The notes under the pieces: model-generated
Database searches by the model: none
Seen by the model: the letters and a program-made list of their open reading frames with translations, nothing else
Told to the model about the DNA's origin: nothing
Made by a program: the position numbers and the translations under genes
Sequence record: LC765218.1
From: Pseudomonas phage BRkr
Strand: one strand, 5' to 3'
Length of the DNA: 64,000 nucleotides
Part shown: piece by piece, positions 1 to 7,488 of the stretch
Position numbering within the stretch: the first letter of the stretch is position 1
Layout: each line of letters begins with the position of its first letter

Positions 1-2
1 CC

Positions 3-1031
3 ATGATCATTAATGCAAGTCTGAACCGCGCTATGTTTTCCACTCAGACCAACGAAGCTGCCGAGCTGCTTCTGTTGTCTTATCTGCGTACCTCACCCGA
101 TGCGGCAGCAACCGAGGATAATGCTACCAAACGTATCCTGGCAGCCAAAGATAATTTGGTTGCATTGTGGAAGAACGGCTGCCGTTTTGTGATCGACGAT
201 GACCATCGTTGGATCATCTCTGAATTTGGAAATGCCATTCGTATTGCATATCAGGGACGTATCCGTGGTAGCTGGACTACCTTTGGTATTAACCTTGTGG
301 ACATCAATAACGGTGAAGCTGTTCTGAACGTTATTCGTGCCCGGCTTCGTACTGGTTACCCGGCGGATGAACTGCAACCTGGTTCTAATATCAAAGGGCA
401 TCTGTATGAAGACTACAAGGTGAATGGAAGTGGGATGTGGGCCGTAGGTCGAATCATTCTCGGCTTGCAGCCCAATGGGGTATTCCTCTGGGCTACTCTC
501 GAACGTCTCTATGAGGTGGCTAAATATCACAAGCTGTACGCCGATATCGTTGATGACTTCGGGATCAATCACGACCGTGATTACCTGAACAACATCGTCG
601 ATGGGAAATGGGTAGTGAATGAAGCTAACGCTAAGGCAGTGCTGAATAGCTACTTCGTATCGATGCTGAAGTTTTTCTATGAACGTGGGTTCTACTACCA
701 AGACACCATCGATGGCGGGCGCATCGATATTCGTTCCAACGTAGGTTCCTACCACTTCGATGGAAAGAATGCGACTGCGCACACGATCAATATTACTTAC
801 CTCAGCGAGAACAGCTACGAAGTTCGTGATAATGAATGGGAATTCTGTTGGGATTGCAACAACACCGAATACTTCCCTCTGGAAGCTCCTGTTGAAGCAC
901 TGACTGCATTCCAAACTCGTGTCGACAAAGAGCATATCTACATGGCGACTGGTCGTGGTTATAAGCTGGGAGATATCCACAACATCCAGCGTACTAAACG
1001 TGAACCTACCGAGTGGGAACAAGGGAAGTGA
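3..1031 (+). CDS. hypothetical protein (5' partial, runs in from window edge)
   Basis: 342-aa open frame from the window start with codon usage like the neighbouring genes. The antisense ORF 93..1022 is judged a shadow ORF. Confidence 0.5.
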   Translation: MIINASLNRAMFSTQTNEAAELLLLSYLRTSPDAAATEDNATKRILAAKDNLVALWKNGCRFVIDDDHRWIISEFGNAIRIAYQGRIRGSWTTFGINLVDINNGEAVLNVIRARLRTGYPADELQPGSNIKGHLYEDYKVNGSGMWAVGRIILGLQPNGVFLWATLERLYEVAKYHKLYADIVDDFGINHDRDYLNNIVDGKWVVNEANAKAVLNSYFVSMLKFFYERGFYYQDTIDGGRIDIRSNVGSYHFDGKNATAHTINITYLSENSYEVRDNEWEFCWDCNNTEYFPLEAPVEALTAFQTRVDKEHIYMATGRGYKLGDIHNIQRTKREPTEWEQGK

Positions 1032-1318
1032 TTAACATTAATCACGATCTACCTATCTGGGTATTACTACTATTAAGTACAGCCACATCATTCATCTACG
1101 CTTTTGTAAAAACCTTTCAGCAAAGAAACATCTTTCATGGTTATAAAAAGGCTGCTTTCTTCACCTCGTGGGGTATCAGTACCCTTGAGTTGACCACCAT
1201 TGGTCTATTTGTGATAGTGGGTCTTCCCGCTATTATATCTAGTGGTCTAGGTGGTTCCATAGGTGTCGTGTTGGCAATGACATTTCATGATAAGATTTTT
1301 CGTAAATTAACAAAATAG
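1013..1318 (+). CDS. small membrane protein (2-3 predicted TM helices)
   Basis: 101-aa ORF with hydrophobic stretches LPIWVLLLLSTATSFIYAF and TIGLFVIVGLPAIISSGLGGSIGVVLA. Overlaps the upstream stop by 19 nt. Confidence 0.45.
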   Translation: MGTREVININHDLPIWVLLLLSTATSFIYAFVKTFQQRNIFHGYKKAAFFTSWGISTLELTTIGLFVIVGLPAIISSGLGGSIGVVLAMTFHDKIFRKLTK

Positions 1319-1326
1319 GAAAAACA

Positions 1327-1665
1327 ATGTCTCGTAAACTCGGAAAGAAACATCCTCGCAATCGTTACGAAGATGCTAAGGCATATGAACACAAGTTGCG
1401 CACTGAGAAAGCCCAACTGGCGAACTGCCGACTGGGGCAATTGTATTCGGTTCGTATCCTGAACGACAACTGCTTCTTGCGTGATCGCCTCATGTGCCAG
1501 GAACAGGATATGTTCGATCCTCATCGCCTGACCCGTGCTAAACGGGAACGTTATCTCAAAGGTGAGCGCTATTGGCTCAATGCTGGATCGGGTAAATTCA
1601 TTCGTTCTGGCTATGAAAAGAACTGGGCTAAAAATAAACGTAAGGAGATGGCAAATGAGCAGTAG
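1327..1665 (+). CDS. hypothetical basic protein
   Basis: 112 aa, K/R-rich. ATG at 1327 preceded by aggaaaaacaATG. Confidence 0.5.
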   Translation: MSRKLGKKHPRNRYEDAKAYEHKLRTEKAQLANCRLGQLYSVRILNDNCFLRDRLMCQEQDMFDPHRLTRAKRERYLKGERYWLNAGSGKFIRSGYEKNWAKNKRKEMANEQ

Positions 1666-1939
1666 TTATAACCCACCGGTGGACACTGTTGATGTCCTCC
1701 ATATCGACTGCGAGTACGAAACGTTCTCGTTCGGTAAGTTGTTTCAACGTATGGTCGATCACTTCGGCAGCGATATCAAGCTGGATGATTTCGAAATCGA
1801 AGCAACCAAGATCAAAGTACGTGGTTGCAGCTGTTGTTTGGATCTGGATGACTACACGGATTATATTCGTGTAACTCGTCTTACCCAACCCGCCGCCGAT
1901 ACCGAGACCCTATCGATCGAAGGTCTTATTGTCGGTTGA
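1655..1939 (+). CDS. hypothetical protein
   Basis: Internal ATG at 1655 with RBS taAGGAGatggcaaATG (overlaps the upstream gene by 11 nt). The ORF-track start at 1535 is rejected because it lies inside the upstream gene. Confidence 0.5.
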   Translation: MSSSYNPPVDTVDVLHIDCEYETFSFGKLFQRMVDHFGSDIKLDDFEIEATKIKVRGCSCCLDLDDYTDYIRVTRLTQPAADTETLSIEGLIVG

Positions 1940-1942
1940 CGG

Positions 1943-1990
1943 CATAAAGCCCCTACCGGAAGGTAGGGGCTAAATCCCATTTCTTTTCGC
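1943..1990 (+). terminator. rho-independent terminator hairpin (GCCCCTACC-GGAA-GGTAGGGGC), member of the conserved ACATAAAG-flanked hairpin family
   Basis: 9-bp GC stem at 1949-1970 followed by a T-rich tract. Stem nearly identical to the hairpin at 60454-60475. Confidence 0.6.
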
Positions 1991-2099
1991 CAAAGAGTTC
2001 GTCTCGGGCATTGCGCGTTTTGGGCACTAACCCAGCAGTAGGAATAAGAAGTAACGCGTAATCTCCTTACATACTATCAGCCAATAGGTATTATTTCAC

Positions 2100-2654
2100 A
2101 TGGACAAAAAACTGAAAGAATTCCAAACAGTGACTCCGGGTGTAGATCGTTTCGTTTATTACGAGAAAACTGACACCTGGCTCCCCAAAGATACTCGCCC
2201 AATGGACTGTTTCCGCAATAAGAAAGCAATAGAGGCATTCGATAAAGCCAACGAAGAAATTCAAGAACGTTGGTTCTATTGGTGCATCGCATGGGAGAAA
2301 GCTTCTGTTCGCCCTACAATGGAAACCGAACTCTGGAAGAACCCGTTCATCTCTGTTGAAGAACGACTGGAGATTGCAGAAGGCGCCATCGCGTTCCGTA
2401 ACGAGGTCATCAGAAATCTCCAGGGGCGTTTAGTTTCGCCAACGATTACCGAGTTCAAACTTAACGACGAAATGGTGGAAGCTATCTTGGATAGCAGTTA
2501 CACTGTAAAAGATTTCGATCGGAACTCGGAAACGGGCGAAGTAGAGCTTCAGTATCAGATTTCCAATAACTTCCACAATCGCGAGTTGGCACGTGATACT
2601 GTTCACCGTATCATCAATGCCCTCAAACAACTTACCCCGGTGCAACAGCAATGA
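2100..2654 (+). CDS. hypothetical protein
   Basis: 184-aa ORF with ATG start. No recognisable motifs. Confidence 0.5.
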   Translation: MDKKLKEFQTVTPGVDRFVYYEKTDTWLPKDTRPMDCFRNKKAIEAFDKANEEIQERWFYWCIAWEKASVRPTMETELWKNPFISVEERLEIAEGAIAFRNEVIRNLQGRLVSPTITEFKLNDEMVEAILDSSYTVKDFDRNSETGEVELQYQISNNFHNRELARDTVHRIINALKQLTPVQQQ

Positions 2655-2860
2655 TCTATCTTGGTTGGTTCACCATCATCTTCGTGGTGATGGGTCTTGG
2701 TTTATTCGGTGCTTTCTGTCATCGAATAGTTAATTCCACTAATCCTGGATTGGAAGAGAAGCGTACTACAATGAATACCGCTATCTGGACAGGTATTCTT
2801 CTAGTGCTCGCTTATCTCAATGAAATCAGTCGAGTCTTTATTGTAGGAGTAGTTACATGA
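2651..2860 (+). CDS. small membrane protein (2 TM)
   Basis: 69 aa. Hydrophobic segments WFTIIFVVMGLGLFGAF and IWTGILLVLAYL. Start overlaps the upstream stop (ATGA). Confidence 0.45.
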   Translation: MIYLGWFTIIFVVMGLGLFGAFCHRIVNSTNPGLEEKRTTMNTAIWTGILLVLAYLNEISRVFIVGVVT

Positions 2861-3099
2861 CATTACAAGAGCTGCGTGAACTTCTTTATAAAGAAGCTGG
2901 TATGGAATCAATCCATGCTAAAATTAAGCAACGGGCGCTCGCTGGTGATTCAGAGGTAAACTTCGATTACAGCAACGAGAACACGCCAGTTGAAGGGAAG
3001 ATGAATAATCGTCAAGCGGAAATCCTCCGTAAAGACGGTTACATTGTTGAATACAATAGTGCCTGTCTCTGGTACGAAGTAAAAGGATGGGATGAATAA
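2857..3099 (+). CDS. hypothetical protein
   Basis: 80 aa, translationally coupled to its neighbours (ATGA overlap). Confidence 0.45.
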   Translation: MTLQELRELLYKEAGMESIHAKIKQRALAGDSEVNFDYSNENTPVEGKMNNRQAEILRKDGYIVEYNSACLWYEVKGWDE

Positions 3100-3365
3100 T
3101 GGGACTCCGTTACATGGGTTATTCCGTTAAAGCAACTGTGACTGACCGTGAAGGCGAGTCGCATATCTTTGACGGCTTTGCCAAGCCTGGCGAGGGTAAT
3201 TCGGTTTATCCCGGAGCTAATGGAGAAGGTGATAAGCGTCTTGCAGCTCGCCGCGCACTGGAAGCCTTCATGGATAGTCCAGTCTTCGAGGAACTAACAT
3301 CAGATATGTACGATACGTTCGATGTTCGTTTCAATTCTCTTGTGCACACTGGAATGCCGGAGTAA
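3099..3365 (+). CDS. hypothetical protein
   Basis: 88 aa. Start overlaps the upstream stop (TAATG). Confidence 0.45.
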   Translation: MGLRYMGYSVKATVTDREGESHIFDGFAKPGEGNSVYPGANGEGDKRLAARRALEAFMDSPVFEELTSDMYDTFDVRFNSLVHTGMPE

Positions 3366-3370
3366 TAAAA

Positions 3371-3808
3371 ATGTCGATGTATACCAAAGACAACGCTGAA
3401 CTTTACACCCACAAAGAAGATGGTGGTATTTACTACTACCATGGCTTGGCTCATGGTACCGGTGATCAACGTGGAGAACTGTTGCACATCTACAGTGATT
3501 ACTTCACTGACATGATGTACTACCGTAACCACACCTGGTCTACTCGGATGGAACGCGTTTCTGCTCCAGGGCTTCGTCTGAGTCGTTCCTTGCATCCACG
3601 TCTGTGGATCACCACTCTGATCGGTTTGATGATCATTATCATTACTCAGGTTGTTTTCGGCACCGAGTTCAATGCAATCACTCCCCAAGAGATTGTCGGT
3701 ACAGCCGTCGCTGGTGTACTGGCACTGGGTCTTCCGAGTTTCATCCTGCACCAACTGTACAAGTGGAAGTACAAGAAACCTGTTAAACAGAAGTCCGAAG
3801 CGGCATAA
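3371..3808 (+). CDS. hypothetical membrane-anchored protein (C-terminal TM helices)
   Basis: 145 aa. C-terminal hydrophobic region LWITTLIGLMIIIITQVVFG ... VAGVLALGLPSFIL. Confidence 0.5.
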   Translation: MSMYTKDNAELYTHKEDGGIYYYHGLAHGTGDQRGELLHIYSDYFTDMMYYRNHTWSTRMERVSAPGLRLSRSLHPRLWITTLIGLMIIIITQVVFGTEFNAITPQEIVGTAVAGVLALGLPSFILHQLYKWKYKKPVKQKSEAA

Positions 3809-3816
3809 AAGGAAAT

Positions 3817-3842
3817 CCCCATTGGCCGCTAAACCAATGGGG
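3817..3842 (+). terminator. terminator hairpin CCCCATTGG-N8-CCAATGGGG
   Basis: 9-bp perfect stem directly after the stop of 3371..3808, preceded by GGCATAAAAG. Confidence 0.5.
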
Positions 3843-3971
3843 TTCCAAACAGTGCATTCGCGACTACACTGTCAGCAGGTGTCGTCCAAGAGAACTGCGG
3901 ATTAGCTACTTACCCCTCGTGGGCATTTTCGCTAGCAGTATTATAACAACACCGTACGTTCTGAAAAGATT

Positions 3972-4007
3972 AGCCCTCCTGTGCAACCAGGAGGGCTATA
4001 TGTCGTC
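3972..4007 (+). promoter_or_regulatory. hairpin AGCCCTCCTG-N5-CCAGGAGGGCT followed by TATATGTCGTC; candidate terminator/late-promoter unit
   Basis: Perfect 10-11 bp stem, then the conserved TATATGTCGTC found after many hairpins in this window, about 55 nt upstream of the ATG at 4063. Confidence 0.4.
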
Positions 4008-4062
4008 AAGTTTAAGCTTGACTTTTTGCCCAAATGGGCCCACTTGCAGAGGAGACTCCTAA

Positions 4063-4328
4063 TGGAAGTCTTTGAAACAAGTTCCAGACCAGATCCCCAC
4101 CACGGGTACTTGACTGGTCTAGAGGTAACAGCATTCAATGGTAAGCCGATCGTCTATGGGCGAAATGAGCAAATCAAAGTTGCTGTATACGATGGTAAGA
4201 TGTTCCTTGGTTACATTGGCAATGGTCAGCTTGTAAGCAAGCTTTCCGATGCTAAATGGATTAACGGATCATCGAACTATCATATCAAGTCTAACTCCAG
4301 TAATCTTTTGTTTACTAGAGCAGCTTAA
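4063..4328 (+). CDS. hypothetical protein
   Basis: ATG at 4063 with strong RBS GAGGAGactcctaATG. The ORF-track GTG start at 3981 lies inside the upstream hairpin and is rejected. Confidence 0.5.
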
Positions 4329-4336
4329 CCTCAATT

Positions 4337-4381
4337 GCCCTCTTCCTTGTGGAGAGGGCTTTACTTAGTTTATTTTTTTTG
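4337..4381 (+). terminator. rho-independent terminator
   Basis: Stem GCCCTCTTCC/GGAGAGGGC followed by TTTACTTAGTTTATTTTTTTT. Confidence 0.65.
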
Positions 4382-4711
4382 TTGATTTAGAAGTTTTACT
4401 TGGGTGTTTAATGAATCTGTAGAACGAGGAAAAGGTACCTCCGGAGGAGGGGGGTTTTATTTAGTAATAAACAATACCGAAGGTATTTCCTTATTCTAAT
4501 TATAAACTTCTTTAATCTTTATTCCTGCTTTTACCCGAAGGGGATCTAACGGAGGCGATGCCCAAACATCGCCATACCAAATGAATTAAGCTTTAAAAAC
4601 AACACAGTCGCCTTGCCTCTCAGGAGCCTCTACACGACATTTCTAATATTAAGTGTCACCATGTTAGGCTTTATCTCTAATATCTCTATAAACGCGTTGT
4701 AGAGCCTTTTA

Positions 4712-4742
4712 CGGCATAAAGCTCCCCGAAGGGAGCAGTATG
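4712..4742 (-). terminator. terminator hairpin for the minus-strand gene 4743..5144 (GCTCCC-CGAA-GGGAGC, flanked by GGCATAAAG)
   Basis: Stem-loop immediately after the stop codon on the minus strand, followed there by a U-rich tract. Confidence 0.5.
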
Positions 4743-5144
4743 TTAGGTCTTACGTTCTTCGAGATAGTTAGTCAACATCGCCTGGCCTTCCTGGCATGGA
4801 TCTGTATCAAAGAAATATTTAGAGTAGTTAGATACATCTACTGATATAAAATCACCATCTGGGCAAGGTGCAGCTTTCTGGAGAATGTCGATATGCAGAT
4901 GATGACTAAAGAACAGAGATGCTCTATACCTCTCTCCTTTCTCCATGATCTCGTTGGCCGACATGGTGAGGAAGTCTACATCCATTCCTTCTAATGCATT
5001 GATAAACAGTTTTGCTATCTCAAAGCGGACCTTATAAAGATTTTGGGATGCCACATGTACCAGAACAGAAGTACCGTGACGTTGTTGTAGATTGAAACGA
5101 AGGTAACCTTTTAGGTTATCGATAAGTGCGTCAATACAACTCAT
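4743..5144 (-). CDS. hypothetical protein
   Basis: 133-aa ORF on the minus strand. No confident motif. Confidence 0.5.
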   Translation of the reverse strand: MSCIDALIDNLKGYLRFNLQQRHGTSVLVHVASQNLYKVRFEIAKLFINALEGMDVDFLTMSANEIMEKGERYRASLFFSHHLHIDILQKAAPCPDGDFISVDVSNYSKYFFDTDPCQEGQAMLTNYLEERKT

Positions 5145-5169
5145 GATATTTACTCTTGTGAATTTGTGA

Positions 5170-5196
5170 ATAAAGCCTTCCCCGAAGGGAAGGCAT
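5170..5196 (-). terminator. terminator hairpin GCCTTCCC-CGAA-GGGAAGGC
   Basis: On the minus strand it follows the stop of 5205..6743 and precedes a TTTATTCACAAATTC U-rich tract. Confidence 0.55.
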
Positions 5197-5204
5197 TTAT
5201 GTCG

Positions 5205-6743
5205 TTAGATAGACCATGCGTCAGAATCGAGATCGCCGCCAATTACAGACCCAGGAACAACTTTCAGAGAATAATCTTCCTCTTTATCAATGTCCCATGG
5301 AATCGTACCGATATTACTAAATGGTAGAAGAACATATTGGTCTTCTTCTGCCGTTACAGTGTTACGGTGTTTACCACGTTGAATAGCGAGATACGCTTTT
5401 CCTTTATGGCGGATGATGTGGTGGAACAGCTCAAGGTCAGGTTCCTGACCCAGACGACGACAACCATCGTAATAACCTTTGTTCGCTACTACCTTAACGA
5501 AGTCCTCGGTATTTTCACGCATCAGTTGCAGTGCATCAGAACCAAGCTGATGAGGGCTGATGAAAGTGATACCACGAGGAGTAGTGTAGTTACGCATGCG
5601 ACGGAATAGAAGACGAATATCGTCACCTGCTACTTTAGCATCAAGTCCTGTCTTAGGTAGCATGTTCAGATAGTCAACTACCAGGAATTGAATCTCGTAT
5701 CCCTGTCCCTGAAGACCATCTAGATAGTTAGTGAAACCACCAATTGTAAATTCAGTGGGGTCGAACCGAACCATCTTAACTTTAAAGCCATTCTCTTCAA
5801 GGCGTGCGCAAACATAAGCAGCAGCTTCACGTTTATCGATATCTTTGACAATGACTTCTTCACCCGTTTCGTTTTCACGGATGTATTTGTAAATAGTCAG
5901 AAGGTTATCAGAGATTTCGTTTTCAAGGGTTGCAAATAGAAGAAGAGGCTTCTTCGATTTATCACGCATCCATGGCTTATTAAACAATGCGACATGTACA
6001 AACAGTAACATAACCAGATACGATTTAAAGTTATGTTGTAGAGCTGCGGTGGTAATAAACTCACCACGACGGAAAGCACCTAGGCTACCCAATACACGGT
6101 TGAAACCTTTCCAACCTAGTTTGAAAGCACCATCGGCAGACAAAGTAGTTTGTACAGCTTCGAAGAATTCTTCTACACCTTCCGGGTTGTCAAAATCAAG
6201 GCAACCCATTTCAGCGGGATGTCGACTTTCAGCACGAGCCTTTACATAAGGATCGAGCTTAGCTCCCATCTCGTTGATCATACCAGCGATATCATTACCG
6301 CCACCACGGTTAAACAGAAGCTTAGTGGAATACTCTTTCATGATCGCTTTAATAGTTTCATCATTGATGTATTCATTAAGCGAACGACGATAAGAGTTAA
6401 TCCGGTGCATGATAGCCATCCCATCTGGGAAGTTTTCATTAACACCATTTAGTACAGCTTCGTAAAGATAGTTCTCTTCACGGCAGCTCACTTGCACAGA
6501 TTGTAGTACTTCAGCGATACTTGGAAATTCGTGCTTAACTTTCTTATTGAGATCTTGAACAAGTTTACGAAGCTCAAGAAAAGTTTGTCGACCATGATCA
6601 TGATCAACAGTAGTCTCTTTAATTTCAAGTGAACCAACAATTTTATCAATTAGTTCAGTAGACGGAGAGGCCGGAGAATCTGGGCGGTGCTCCAAGCAAA
6701 GCAGGGTAACGCAACTGACAAGAAGCTGTTTTGGGGAGGACAT
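5205..6743 (-). CDS. RecA-fold ATPase, DnaB-like replicative helicase candidate
   Basis: GEFITTAALQHNFKS resembles a DnaB/RecA P-loop but with F in place of the canonical G before K. FLVVDYLNML matches the DnaB H3 (lvvIDYLqLm) motif. ITFISPHQL resembles the DnaB H4 (vIaLSQLnR) motif. Length is 512 aa. Confidence 0.45.
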   Translation of the reverse strand: MSSPKQLLVSCVTLLCLEHRPDSPASPSTELIDKIVGSLEIKETTVDHDHGRQTFLELRKLVQDLNKKVKHEFPSIAEVLQSVQVSCREENYLYEAVLNGVNENFPDGMAIMHRINSYRRSLNEYINDETIKAIMKEYSTKLLFNRGGGNDIAGMINEMGAKLDPYVKARAESRHPAEMGCLDFDNPEGVEEFFEAVQTTLSADGAFKLGWKGFNRVLGSLGAFRRGEFITTAALQHNFKSYLVMLLFVHVALFNKPWMRDKSKKPLLLFATLENEISDNLLTIYKYIRENETGEEVIVKDIDKREAAAYVCARLEENGFKVKMVRFDPTEFTIGGFTNYLDGLQGQGYEIQFLVVDYLNMLPKTGLDAKVAGDDIRLLFRRMRNYTTPRGITFISPHQLGSDALQLMRENTEDFVKVVANKGYYDGCRRLGQEPDLELFHHIIRHKGKAYLAIQRGKHRNTVTAEEDQYVLLPFSNIGTIPWDIDKEEDYSLKVVPGSVIGGDLDSDAWSI

Positions 6744-6880
6744 TTGAACCGCATCCTTTTAGTAAAATTAAAATGATGTACCGTGTATCATTTTTATCTT
6801 AAGTAATTTGTCACCAATTTAAGTATATATTCCTATGTAGACACTTAATAGCCTTGGTCCCACAATAGGTCAATACCCCG

Positions 6881-7417
6881 ATGATCAAGTTACTTGTAAT
6901 CCCCGAAGCAGTCTATGATCAGTACAAAGCTGATGGTGTGCAGTTTACTAAGCTACTCTGCCCCAACTATATAGCTTCCGTAAGCTCGGTAAATGACCTT
7001 GCGGAGATCGACGCTGCAATTAATGAATTCCCATTCCGGTTCTGTCAGGGAACTCAGATCGAGAAGGCTGACAGTCCGGTTGTTGGGATCGCCCTAAAGG
7101 CAACCTCCGACGACGATAATCAATTCAAGATGCAAGAATTGCACAATCGTGTAGAGGAACGTATTGCCAATATGGCTCTGCGTAAGGCAAATGATTCTGA
7201 TTATATCAGTGTTTATAGCCTTTATCCTGTAGATGAGTATCTTTGGGTTGCGGTGCAGAAGAGTCTGCACACTGGTTCAAGCGATCCTGACCGGCTCACA
7301 ATTAAGGCTAACCACACTTTCTTTGATAGTATGATTAGCGAGCTGACTAGAGCTTGCCCATTTGAGCAAGTAATGGCAACAAATCTCTTCACTTATTATC
7401 TGGAGTCACAAGGCTGA
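6881..7417 (+). CDS. hypothetical protein upstream of the major capsid gene
   Basis: 178-aa ORF. TATGTAG motif about 50 nt upstream. Confidence 0.5.
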   Translation: MIKLLVIPEAVYDQYKADGVQFTKLLCPNYIASVSSVNDLAEIDAAINEFPFRFCQGTQIEKADSPVVGIALKATSDDDNQFKMQELHNRVEERIANMALRKANDSDYISVYSLYPVDEYLWVAVQKSLHTGSSDPDRLTIKANHTFFDSMISELTRACPFEQVMATNLFTYYLESQG

Positions 7418-7488
7418 ATCCGGAAAATACCAGCTTTGATGACAAGATATTTGTAACATCCAAAACCCATCCTGCGTAGGAATAAAAC

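Noticed and set aside
1535-1654. ORF-track start at 1535 for 1535..1939
   Set aside because: It lies entirely within the upstream gene 1327..1665. The internal ATG at 1655 has a canonical AGGAG RBS.
3981-4062. ORF-track GTG start at 3981 for the 3981..4328 ORF
   Set aside because: The GTG lies inside a perfect hairpin or terminator-like element and has no RBS. The ATG at 4063 with GAGGAG 8 nt upstream is a far better start.
4329-4742. Possible tRNA gene in the long intergenic region
   Set aside because: No GTTCRANYC T-loop or cloverleaf-compatible pairing was found by eye. The hairpins present look like terminators or palindromes. Needs tRNAscan-SE to be definitive.
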